Source of the DNA: Octopus bimaculoides
Lineage: Eukaryota
NCBI RefSeq assembly: GCF_001194135.2
Contig: NC_068990.1
Location: forward strand, 64,045,706 to 64,109,705
Direction: 5' to 3'
Length of the DNA: 64,000 bases
In this document: piece by piece, positions 50,027 through 61,401 of the stretch
Layout of the letters: each line of letters opens with the position of its first letter
Numbering within the stretch: the first letter of the stretch is position 1
Program-made: the position numbers and the translations under genes
Notes under the pieces: model-generated
Seen by the model: only the letters and a program-made list of their open reading frames with translations
The model's database searches: none
What the model was told of the DNA's origin: nothing

Positions 50027-51946
50027 TGCAGGAGAAATACCTAGCCAAAGATAAATCTCTGTACCTAGCTTTCAATGACATGGAGAAAGCCTTTGACAGG
50101 GACCCCTGATTCCTTATTTGGTGGTCAATGAGGAAACTAGAGATAGATGAATGGTTAGTGAGAGCTGTACAAACCATGTATAGGGATGCTGTCAGTAAGG
50201 TGAGGGTTGGCAACAAGTACAGTGAAGAATTCTGGGTAGAGGTAGGGGTCCACCAAGGATCAGTCCTCAGCCCCCTCTTATTCATCATATTTCTCCAGGC
50301 AAGAACAGAGGAATTCAAGACAGGATGTCCCTGGGAGCTTCTCTTTGCTGATGACCTTGCTCTAAGAGCTGAGTCACTATCAGAACTAGAGAAGTTTCAG
50401 GTGTGGCAGCAAGGTCTAGAATCGAAGGGCCTTAGAGTCAACCTAGCAAAAACCAAAGTCTTAATAAGTAGGAAAGCACACAAATCACAAATTCCTTCAA
50501 GTAGATGGCACTGCTCGATCTGTAGAAAAGGCATAGGTAGAAACTGCATAAGATGTACCTAGTGTAAGCTTTGGACACATAAGAGGTGCAACAAGGCTAA
50601 CTGGGAAGATAGTTTTTGTGTGTGGCAAATGCTCAGGAACAATAAACACTGAAAATATGCAGAAAACAGCTTCTGTCACATGCCAGGGAGAAAAACTACA
50701 AGGAGTTGATAGTTTCCATTACCTAGGTGACCAGGTCAGTAGCAGGGATGGATGCTCTGAAAGTGTACCTGCTAGAATAGCACTAGCCTGGGCAAAGTTC
50801 AGAGAGTTCCTAACTCTGCTGATGACAAAGGGCCTCTCGCTCAGAGTAAAAGGTAGACTGTATGATGCATGTGTGCAAACAACCATGCTACATGGCAGTG
50901 AAACATGGGCTGTGACTGCTGAGGACATGCGTAAGCTTGCAAGGAATGAAGCCAGTATGCTCTGCTAGATGTGTAATGTTAGTGTGCATACACAACAGAG
51001 TGTAAGCACCCTGAGAGAAAAGTTGGACATAAGAAGCATCAGATGTGGTGTGCAAGAGAGACAGCTGCACTGGTATGGTTATGTGTTGTGAATGGATGAG
51101 GACAGCTGTGTGAAAAAGTGTCACACCCTAGCAGTAGAGGGAACCTGTGGAAGAAGTAGACCCAGGAAGACCTGGGATGAGGTGGTGATGCATGACCTTC
51201 AAACATGGGGCCTCACCGAGGCAATGACAAGCGACCAAGACCTTTGGAGATATACTGTGCTTGAGAAGACCCAACAAGCCAAGTGAGACCAAGCCCGTGG
51301 CCTATGCCAGTGGGTGTAACCAGCTCATACACTGGACAATAAACTTTGCTTCCAAAGACCTATTGATCATCTGTGGCATGCTGTGCTTGAGAAGACCTGG
51401 CAAGCCAAGTGAAACTGTAACTGTGGCTTATGCCAGTGCAGCATTACCAGCCGATTTAAGAGTACCCTTCAATCATTGGGCAATAAACTGCGCTTGTGAA
51501 GACCTGTTGAGGCAAGTGAAATCATTGTCATGGCCAATGACAGTACCACCTGATTGGCACCCATGCCAGTGGCATGTTAAAAGCACCATTTGAGTGTGAT
51601 TGTTGCCAGTACTGCCTGACTGGCTCCCATGCCAGTAGCACGTAAAAAGCACCATTCAAGCATGGTTGATGCCAATGCCGCCTGACTGGTTCCCGTGCCA
51701 GTGGCACATGAAAAGCACCATTCAAGCATGATCAATGCTAATACTGCCTGGCTGGCCCTTGTGCTGGTGGCACGTAAAAAGCACCCACTACACTCTTGAA
51801 GTGGTTGGCATTAGGAAGGGCATGCAGCTGTAGAAACTTTGCCAGATCGGATTGGAGCCTGGTACAGCCTTCTGGCTTGTCAAACCGTCCAACCCATGCC
51901 AGCATGGAAAGCGGACGTTAAACGATGATGATGATAATGATGATGA
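50027..51946 (+). mobile_element. 5'-truncated RTE-clade LINE: RT, PHD-like finger, C-terminus, repetitive 3' UTR, (GAT)n tail
   Basis: YLAFNDMEKAFDR, GVHQGSVLSPLLF, LLFADDLAL, GLRVNLAKTKV, FHYLGDQV, RLYDACVQTTMLHGSETW, GRSRPRKTW; few stops; ends gcggacgttaaacgatgatgatg. Confidence 0.95.
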
Positions 51947-53149
51947 TATATAAATACAAAGCGAATGTGCACAAAGTACAATCATTGCTAGAAATAGCAG
52001 CGGGTAAGTTATCGGTGTTATGTAGCGCTTCACTGACACTTGCTCCAAGTTCTGTGCTGCAGGACTGAATCTAAATCACACAGTTGAGAAGAACTGCAAA
52101 ATGAAAATAAAATACAGACTAAAGAATAAATTGGTGAAGGTATATCAATGATAGCTTTTATCATTTACTTGTTTCATTCATTAGACTATGGCCATGCTGG
52201 GGCACCACCTTGTAGAAGTTTTAGTCAAATGAATTGAGTCCGGTACTCATCCTTTTTGCTAAGCCTGGTACTTATTCTATCGGTCACTACTGCTGAACTA
52301 CGAAGTTACAGGTATGTAAGCAAAACCGATAGCAGTTGTTAAACAGTGATGGGGGACAAGCACAGACACAAAGACACACAAGTACACACACACACACACA
52401 CACATATATAAAGATATGACAGGCATCTTTCAGATTTTGTCTACCAAATCCACTCACAAAGACTTTGGTTGGCCTGAGGCTATAGTAGAAGACACTTGCC
52501 TTAGGTACCATGTAGTGGGACTAGACAACGAGCCATGTTATTGGGAATTAAGTTTCTTATCACACAATCATGCTTGTGCCTATATCTAATTTTCATGACA
52601 CAGATTAGAAAAATTATATATCTTTATATCTTCAATACGACAATGTCAATGAAATTTAACAAATATTGACACTCACTTTTGATGATTTTGTATTTACATT
52701 TTGAATAACAACTATTTATTCATTTTTTCTTTATCAGGCAATGGAAGCAATAAAACTATTAAAGCAATTAATGTCTGTTGGCTTCCTTATCAAGACAATA
52801 CAGTTTTTGTTTCCTTTCAATTATTCTTAATGAACTTTTGCAACACGAACACTAGAAAGTTATATAGGTCATTCAAGAAGATGTTGTCTAGAGGGTTTAT
52901 AAATGGTAACATAGGATTAATTATAGTTTCCTATATTGTTTTTTTGACAGACAGTGCATCTTAATTATTTCAACAATTTACACAAAAGGTTAACTTAATT
53001 TTTGTTTTCAGTTTACAGATTTTTTCTTTTAATTGGCTTCAAGAAAAATGTTTACAAATTTGAAAGCAAACTACTTCAAAAAATAATGACAACAACAATA
53101 ATAATTATAACAACAACACAACAACAACAACAACAACAACAATACTAAT

Positions 53150-54227
53150 AATAATCTTTTCTACTATAGACACAGGGCCTGAAATTTAGTGGGAGGGGGG
53201 CTAGTCGATTACATCAACCGCAGTACTTGACTGGTACTTATTTTATCAACCCCGAAGGCATGAAAGGCATAGTCGACTTTGGCATAATTTGAACTTAAAA
53301 CCTGAGAACGAACAAAATATCACTAATCATTTTGTCTGGTGTGCTAACAATTCTGCCAGCTCGCCATCTTGAATATTATCAATGATGATGATGATGATGG
53401 TGCTAATAATAATAATGAGGATTTCAAAATTTGGCTCAAGGCCAACAATTTTGTGGGAGGGGATAAGTCAATTACATCAACCCCAGTGTTCAACTAGTAC
53501 TTTATTGACCCCAGAAGGATGAAAGGCAAAGTTGACAACAGCCGAATTTGAACACAAAGATGGACAAAATGTCACTAAGCATTTTGCCCAGCATGCTAAC
53601 AATTCTGCCAGCTCATTGCTTTAATAATAATAATAACAAGAGCACTCAAAGAGTGGAAATCTCTGCCAAGGCAACACCAACATCCTCTCAACGATTAGCC
53701 AGAGATGATTTTTTAAATGAGAATATCTGAAATAAACTAAACTGCTTTCACAAATGAAACTACTAAAAATGAACCCAACTGCTCTCAAAAATTAAGTTAA
53801 AAAGGCCAGAAAAAATAATCCAGAATCCTTATCCGGTACTGGATCGATCCCAAAATTGAATCAGGTCATGCCAGTCACGAGACCAAACATCTCTGAAAGT
53901 TTCGAATCCATTCAGCTGTTCTTGAGATATCTTGTCCATGGACAAACAAACAAACAAACAAACATGACTAAAAACAACACCTTCACCTTCGCTAAGGCAG
54001 AGGTAATGATAATGGTATCAAATTTTGCCACAAGGGCAGCCATTTTGAAGGAGTGTATAAGTTGATTACATCAACTCAAGTGTTTCACTGGTACTTAATT
54101 TATCAACCCTGAAAGGATGAAAGGCAAAGTCGACCTCAACAGAATTTGAACTCAGAATGTAGCAATGGGCGAAATACCACTCAGCATTTCGTGCAGCATG
54201 CTAACGATTCTGCCAGCTCGTCACTTA

Positions 54228-54260
<33 letters not shown>

Positions 54261-54478
54261 CCTTTCTACTATAGGCACAAGGCCTGAAATTTTGGTGGGG
54301 GAGGGGGATAGTTGATTATATCGACCCCCATGCATGACTAGTACTTGTTTCATCAGCCCCGAAAAGATGAAAGGCAAAGTCAACCTCACTGGAATTTGAA
54401 CTTGGAAAACAAAGACGAACAAAATGCCACTGAGCATTTTGCCCAGCATGCTAGTGAATCTGTCAGTTCATTGCCTTG
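53150..54478 (-). mobile_element. Cluster of four minus-strand SINE family A copies (53150-53372, 53415-53622, 54008-54228, 54250-54478)
   Basis: Each shows gatgaaaggcaaagt...gaatttgaact...ctgccagctc; separated by (AAT)n/(GAT)n, with the HINE-like element in the middle. Confidence 0.9.
53635..54006. mobile_element. Helentron-associated / DINE-1-like non-autonomous element
   Basis: 5' hairpin CACTC-AAA-GAGTG (53643-55); subterminal inverted repeat atctctgcc (53659-67) / ggcagaggt (53996-54004); internal (CAAA)n; 3' hairpin CCTT-CGCT-AAGG; no TSD. Confidence 0.6.
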
Positions 54479-54525
<47 letters not shown>

Positions 54526-54526
<1 letters not shown>

Positions 54527-54780
54527 TGGCAAAATGTAGAACCTCATGACTAAAACAATACCTGTTGTGATAGGTGTCTTAGAAATGATAGCAAAAGAGG
54601 CTGTTTACTACCTAGCTCAGATACCAGGAAACCCCAAAATGACAGAAATTCAAAAGATAGTGCTCACATCTTACATAACATACTGTCTGTGTAATCTCAA
54701 ATTTTAAAACAAACTCATAATTTTCTTATGTTTTCTTAAACATTCTATAGAACAATACTATGTGCAAAACCAAATATAAT
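54526..54780 (+). mobile_element. R4/Dong-clade 3' end fragment
   Basis: KTIPVVIGVLEMIAK...YLAQIPGNPKMTEIQKIVL matches the R4/Dong ORF C-terminus; short 3' UTR; (AAT)n on both sides. Confidence 0.75.
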
Positions 54781-55814
54781 AATAATAATTATAATAATAA
54801 TAATAATGATAATAATGATGATGATGATAATAACGACGATGACGATGATGATGATAGTAACCATCATTAAATTAACTTATTCTATGCTAGTGTAGTTTAG
54901 AGGAGAGTGTTCTATAGGAGGGTACTCTTCCTGTCACTAACTCTTGTTTCTAAATAAGTAATTTATTCTGCTGGTCTTTCAAATGCCAAATCTCTCAAAG
55001 GACAGACAGTTTTTTTTAATGGCACATGTTAACAAATAGCATTGCCTATGCAGTGGAATTGTGTAGAAGCAATGCCAAAACATAAGTAACACACACACAC
55101 TTACGCATTCTAACCTCCACCTGGCACAATGCCACCTCTTCCAATACCACCATCCCTCTCAAAGGATCTTCAACTTGCAAGTTACTTGGTGAGCTTGCTG
55201 GTGCCATGTCAAAAAAGCATCCAATCCAGTCTGTAAAGTGACTGGCATTTGGAAGGTGTAAAGTGGTTGGCATTAAGAAAGGTATCCAGCTGTAAAAACT
55301 ATGCTAAAATAGACAGAGAGGTCTAGTGCAGTCCTTTGATTTGCCAGCTCCTATCAAACTTTCCACCCTTGCCAGCATAGAAGACAGAGGTTAAATGATG
55401 ATGATACACACACATACACACACACACACACACATGCGCGTGCGTGTATATATGAAGTTGATAAGTCTGAAATTTAGTGCATGAATTCTGTAATCATGAT
55501 AGCAAGAATCTTCAATATTTGTTTGGTGAATATTGTTGTTGTTCATTGTGAATATTTCATTAAACAAAGAATCTCATTCATTTTTAAAATATTAAGACTA
55601 TCTTTCAGCTCATTATTTTATTATTTTTCACCAGCTTTTTAAATAAACAGATCATTGGAAAGTATACACTTATTAGCTGTGAGCATGATTCTATCATTTA
55701 GCAAATAAGCTTTGAGTTATGCAACTGAATCCACTACTCTGTTGAAAAAGAGAAAGATAATGATGGTGTGAGTTAGACACAGTTTTTATTGTAGGGAAAT
55801 ATTTCATTTGATTA

Positions 55815-56630
55815 TGGTGGTGAGCTGGCAGAAACGTTAGCACACCGGGCGAAATGCTTGCTGGTATTTCTGAGTTCAAATTCCGCCAAGGTCGACTTTG
55901 CCTTTCATTCTTTTGGGGTTGATTAAATAAGTACCAGTTAACCACTGGGGTCGATATAATCGACTTAATCCGTTTGTCTGTCCTTGTTTGTCCCCTCTAT
56001 GTTTAGCCCCTTGTGGGCAGTAAAGAAATAAGAAGCGTTAGCATGCTGGGCAAAATGCTTAATGGTATTTTGTCTATCTTTACGTTCCGAGTTCAAATTC
56101 CTCCGAGGCCGACTTTGCATTTTATCCTTCCGGGGTCGATAAATTAAGTACCAGTTGTGTACTGGAGATTGATCTAATAGACTGGCCCTCTCCCCGAAAA
56201 TTTCGAGCCTTGTGCCTAGAGTAGAAAAGAATATTATGTTTGATTGGCTGGAACTTCAGTATATCGTTAAGGCAGTGAGCTGGCAGAATCGTTAACACAT
56301 CAGTTAAAATACTTAGTGACATTCTGAGTTCAAATTCTGCGGAGGTTGACTTTGTCTTTCATTCTTTCAGGGTCGATAAAATAAGCAGCAATTCTCATAG
56401 TTAGAGACCTCGTGCCAAAATTTTAATCAATTCTGTTTGGAAGGTATACTGGGCAAAATGTTTAGCTGCATTTTGTCCATCCTTACATTCTGAGTTCAAA
56501 TGCTGCCAAAGTCAGCTTTGCCTTTCATCCTTTTGGGGGTTGATAAAATAAGTACCAGTTGAGTTCTCGTGGTCATGTATTTGACATACCCACTCTTCTG
56601 AAATTGTGGTCATGTACCAAAATTTGAAAT
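55815..56630 (+). mobile_element. Cluster of four plus-strand SINE family A copies
   Basis: Starts at about 55815, 56031, 56268 and 56445. The first has a different 3' tail (ccgtttgtctgtccttgtttgtcc...). Confidence 0.85.
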
Positions 56631-57919
56631 AAATAGAGCAGCCTGTGATATTTCAGCAAGCAATGTGAACATTAGTTAATACTTTCCTGCATTAAAAAAT
56701 GAGTTGTAAAGATTAATCAAAATTTTGGTCTCATCTTTTTAACTTTGTGCAGTCATGACATTGTGGGTAGCAAGTTTTCTTTACAACAAGGCAATTTCAG
56801 GTTGGATCTCACTGCAAGGCATTTTGAGCAAGTTTCTTTTGAGCAGGGCTTCAGGTTGACTAAAGCCTTGTGACGAGATTGAATTAAGACCTATAAAAGC
56901 ACTTACAAGATCTTGGTGTCCCCATATATATGTAATTCAAAATATAGACAATAATAAACGATAAATTAAATTTCTATTTTTCAAAATGATTCAAAACTAG
57001 CAGCAAGATGGAATACATATTTATTTATGTATACTTCCACTTCATTTATATTTGAAAAGTTTTCTTCTCTTTTTTAAAAGCAAAGCCTTTTATCAGATCC
57101 TCACTATGACATCATGAACACTTTGAAATCATATTTCTGATCATATAAACCACTTTGAATATTATTTTAGCAAGTTTACAGTGATTTCTTTTGTACTGCA
57201 AACCATTTACCATTTCTGTGGGGCCTCCCTTCCTTTTAATGCTCAGAGCACATGCTTATTTTGCTTAATGATTAATCCAGTGTTGTTCTAAGATTCTACT
57301 ACAATGGGTATTCTAGTTTTAAAATATGTGCATCACATCTGTGCATATTATGAGGCAAGTTAACGCGTTGGTAATAGGAAGGATATCTAGCTGCAAAACA
57401 CTACCTTAGAAAACCTGTCCAACCCATATCAGCATGGAAAACTGATGATGACGGTGGTGGTGATGGGGGATTTGGTTTTGGTGGTGATGATGATAATGAT
57501 GATGATATTGTTTCCTATGACCGTGCAGTTATGTTGATGGTCATGATTCTAAAGATATAAATGATAATTAAGAGGTTACAGAATAACGAAGCAGTAATTA
57601 TAATGATGTAACAGATGGCAATAAACGTTTTTAATATTGTTGCTATTTAGCCCTAAGTCAATCCTGTTTGACCTGTGGCTAAATAACAGCAACACTACAA
57701 TCATTGCAATCATTAAAATCCAAGATGTTCCATTCATGGCCATCCTACGTTTATTCTTTTATTTGACACAGTGTATCCAGGACTACAATATCTAAGTAGT
57801 CTTTCTTTTAATATGCTAGAGTTTGTTATATAAAGGATATTTAGCTGCTGTTTCTAGCAGTTCAAGAGACTATATAGAAGTTCATGCTTAATATATCAGT
57901 TGTTAAGGGAGATGTAGTA

Positions 57920-58120
57920 GTATTGGTGGTGGTGGTGGTGACAATGGTGGCAGTTGTGATGGTGGTGGGCAGTGTTGTTGCTGTCGTCATCATCGGTGGT
58001 GGTGGTGGTGACAGTGGTGACAGCCGTGGTGGTGGTAGTGCTGTTGTTGTCGGCGGCGGCAGCGGTGGTGGTGACAGCAGTGGCAGTGGTTGCAGTAGTG
58101 GTGGTGGTCGTTGTCATGGC
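57920..58120. repeat. Degenerate (GGT/GGC/AGT)n trinucleotide tract
   Basis: Low-complexity GGN repeats about 260 nt upstream of exon 14. Confidence 0.85.
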
Positions 58121-58383
58121 AGTGATTGTTAATATATATATACTAGTGCATTATAAGATGATGATGAGCATTGTAGTATTGGCAGCAATAATATGGTGTT
58201 TATATTCGTAGTAGCTGCATGATAGTTGTTGGATGGTAATAATAATGATTCTGTGATTCTGATGTGGGTTATGGATGAAGGACAAACATTAAGAAGCAAA
58301 AGTTGATTGCATTAACAGAAACTCTGGTGAAATATATGCTTGATTTCTTCTTTTATATATATTTTTTTTATATTTTATATTAG

Positions 58384-58627
58384 GAACTGGAAGCAGAAAG
58401 AACCAAATTATTGGAAGAAGTATCACTGAACAATCGTAAAATGAAAGAACTAGAAGACAATTTGTTGTTCCGTCTGACATCAACTGAAGGTTCACTTGTT
58501 GAAGATGAGTCTCTCATACAAGTTTTGAGTGTTACTAAGATAACAGCCCAAGAAGTCAGTGAAAAACTGGTGGTTGCTGCAGACACAGAGCTAAAGATAA
58601 ATACTGCCCGAGAGGAATTCAGACCAG
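58384..58627 (+). CDS. DNAH5: Dynein heavy chain exon 14 (buttress/strut coiled coil)
   Basis: atattag|GAA CTG ... CCA G|gtgaga; [48 protein letters not shown]...[10 protein letters not shown]; 244 nt, phase 0 to 1. The next exon (VATRGS-type) was not found before 64000. Confidence 0.95.
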
Positions 58628-58964
58628 GTGAGATTTATGGTTGATATCTTGTTGATGCTGCAGTAAAATTAGGTTATTGGCCCTGTCACAAATCTACAAT
58701 AATGTAACACATTTTATAATGAACCAATCAGAGAGCGTTTTTGATGATCACCTGACCTACAAATAATGGTTTCACATTTTGGCAAACGGCCAGCAATTCC
58801 AAGAGAGGGACTAATTTGATTAAATCGACCCCAGTGCTCAACTGGTACTTATTTTATCGACCCCAAGAGGATGGAAGGCAAAGTTGACCTCAGTGGCATT
58901 TGAACACAATGTAAAGACGAACGAAATACCGCCTGACATGTTATTCTGCCAGCTCACTGCCTTA

Positions 58965-59135
58965 TGACTTACAAATAATAGCAGCCAAATCACACCACTT
59001 TACTGTCTTAAAAAGGAAGGACATATTGGACATCCCTATGAAAAAAAATGTATAAAGAAATAGAATAGTTATGGCTGGCATGCTTTTGATCATCTGCTCA
59101 GACAGAGATGACCTGGGGCTGAACAACAACAACAA
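58965..59135 (+). mobile_element. Unclassified repeat family G with (CAA)n tail; copies at about 13930-14110 (+), 8676-8845, 57645-57860 and 63210-63385 (-)
   Basis: Shared gcagccaaat...ggac...gatca...gacctggggct(g/a)aacaac and its reverse complement ttagccctaggtcag. Confidence 0.55.
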
Positions 59136-59588
59136 TAATAACCTTTAGTTATAATCATGTCTCAATTATAGCACCATCTTATTCAGTAATGGAATTGAGT
59201 TAGATGGTAATGCAATATCCTTGATTAATTAATGTTCAGAGGATCGGTCTAGAGGTGAACAAAGTAAACTCATACATTTAGTTGATTAGAAAGAAGACAA
59301 AGAATAATTAATAAATGTTGCTATTACTATAGAAATAGAAAACACAAAAACAATCTTCTGGAAAGTAGGAGGTAGTTATTTGCTACGTATATCTTGTCAT
59401 TTCCATCACTAACCTCATTGAAGAGCATTGGTCATAATAAATCTCTTTGTGATGCATTTTGGTAAATGCATAAAGCATTCCTTGTTTCACACTCATTGTG
59501 AACTTGATAACAAAAGGAAAGGGCTCCAATAGAGATCACAGTTCAAAATATTTTTAATATTTTTCTCTTCATTGGGGCAGATTTTTTG

Positions 59589-59753
59589 TAGGCACAGGAG
59601 TGGGTGTGTGGTAAGTAGCTTGTTTACTAACCACATGGTTCCAGGTTCAGTCCCACTGCATGGCACCTTGGGTAAGTGTCTTCTACTATAGCCTCGGGCC
59701 GACCAAAGCCTTGTGAGTGGATTTGGTAGACGGAAACTGAAAGAAGCCTATCG

Positions 59754-59784
<31 letters not shown>

Positions 59785-59845
59785 ATTTGTGTGTCTGTGT
59801 TTGTCCCCCCAACATTGCTTGACAACCGATGCTGGTGTGTTTATG
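59589..59845 (+). mobile_element. CORE-type SINE family E, well-preserved head running into an N-gap
   Basis: gtgtggtaagtagcttg...ggttcagtcccactgcatggcaccttgggtaagtgtcttctactatagcctcgggccgaccaaagcc. Confidence 0.9.
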
Positions 59846-60534
59846 NNNNNNNNNNNNNNNNNNNNNNNNNNNNNNNNNNNNNNNNNNNNNNNNNNNNNNN
59901 NNNNNNNNNNNNNNNNNNNNNNNNNNNNNNNNNNNNNNNNNNNNNNNNNNNNNNNNNNNNNNNNNNNNNNNNNNNNNNNNNNNNNNNNNNNNNNNNATTT
60001 CAGTCTTACTGAAACCTCATCAACCAAGTATACTCTTCACTACATTTGCTAAAACAGGGATCAAAAGATTACTAAGTAGATGTAAATTAATACATATTTT
60101 CTTGTTTTTGTTTTTTTGGTGTAGAAAAACAGAAATGTTCAGTGACTATATCATTCTTAGGCAATGTCTGCATGAGAAAAATGAAATAAAAGGAAGAAAG
60201 TTACATTTGTGTTAGCAGTTTTACTGCAAAGAGCATAAAAAATTGGCTTGCATAATGTTACATGGTGAGGAGGAAACAATGCTTAATGTTATTTTGAGAA
60301 GTATAGGAGATAATTGTGGACATATTTCAATCTTATTAGATTTCCTCAGCAAAACATAGACTTCAGTTTTGGTTTTTAAATTACTGACTCCTGAAAATAT
60401 AGACTAGCACTAATATTCAAGAAAAGCAGAAAGACTAATGACTTACTGGCAAAATGCCAAAGTAACAGAAAATTAATATGTAAATTGATGGTTGGTAGAG
60501 CTGACATTGAATTCTCTCAAATTATCATCATAAT

Positions 60535-61362
60535 TTTTTCTAATATAGGCACAAGGCCTGAAATTTTTTAAGGGAGAGGGCTAGTTGATTACATTGAACC
60601 CATAGCTCACCTGGTACTTATTTCATCGAGCCTGAAAGGATGAAAGGCAAAGTCAACAGTGGCAGAATTTGAACTCAGCACATAACGACAGTTGAAAAGC
60701 TGCTCAGCATTTTGCCTGGTGAGCTAACAGCTCTGCCAGCTCACCACCTTCATTATAATAATAATAATGATGATGATGATGATGATGACGACGACGATCC
60801 ATGTACCTGGTGTACCCTTATCAGACAGGTAGTCACAATGGGTATACTGGGCTTCGTATATTTTGCTCCAGTGTCATTTTGATGGCATGTACTGCTCTCT
60901 CACTCAATAATAATAATAATAACAATAAAGGCCTGAAGTTTTTGTGGATGGAGGGAATTAGTTGATTACATCAAGCTCAGTGTTTCACTGGTACTTAATT
61001 TATTGACCTCTGCAGAATTTGAACTCAGATCATAAAGACAGACGAAATGCCGCAAAGCATTTTGCCAAGTGTGCTAATAATTTTGCCAGCTCACCATCTT
61101 AATAGTAATAACCATAATGATAATAATTATGATGATGAGAATAATTATTTTCTACTATAAGCTCAAGGGCTGAAATTTTGGGGAATAGGCTAGTTGATTA
61201 CATTGACCCCAGTACTTGACTGCTACTTATTTTATCGACCCCAAAAAAGATGAAAGGCGAAGTCAACCTCAGCAGAATTTGAACTCAGAATGTAAAGATG
61301 ACACTAAGATCTGCCAGCTTGCAGCCTTAATGATATTGATGATGATGATAATCATCATCATC

Positions 61363-61401
<39 letters not shown>

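Larger units (their letters stand above)
4030..58627 (+). other. DNAH5: Partial multi-exon gene: axonemal outer-arm dynein heavy chain, DNAH5/DNAH8-like (14 internal exons; extends beyond both window ends)
   Basis: The 14 exons splice at GT-AG with matching phases into 834 uninterrupted codons. The order follows DNAH5/8 as I recall it: [12 protein letters not shown]...LCFSPVGEKFR...HVTPKSYL...[12 protein letters not shown]...EVLPLKANL...[12 protein letters not shown]...[10 protein letters not shown]...YITTKLPNP...REEFRP. DNAH5 versus DNAH8 cannot be resolved by eye, and invertebrates may have one co-ortholog. Confidence 0.95.

Noticed and set aside
51564-51790. Regularly spaced 66-bp repeats with a palindromic core, superficially CRISPR-like
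   Set aside because: The intervening parts are themselves homologous rather than unique spacers, there are no cas genes, and the array is inside a LINE 3' UTR in a eukaryote.
57884-58211. Gly/Val/Thr-rich ORFs just upstream of exon 14
   Set aside because: Degenerate trinucleotide repeat that is open in several frames on both strands, with no splice-compatible link to the dynein frame.
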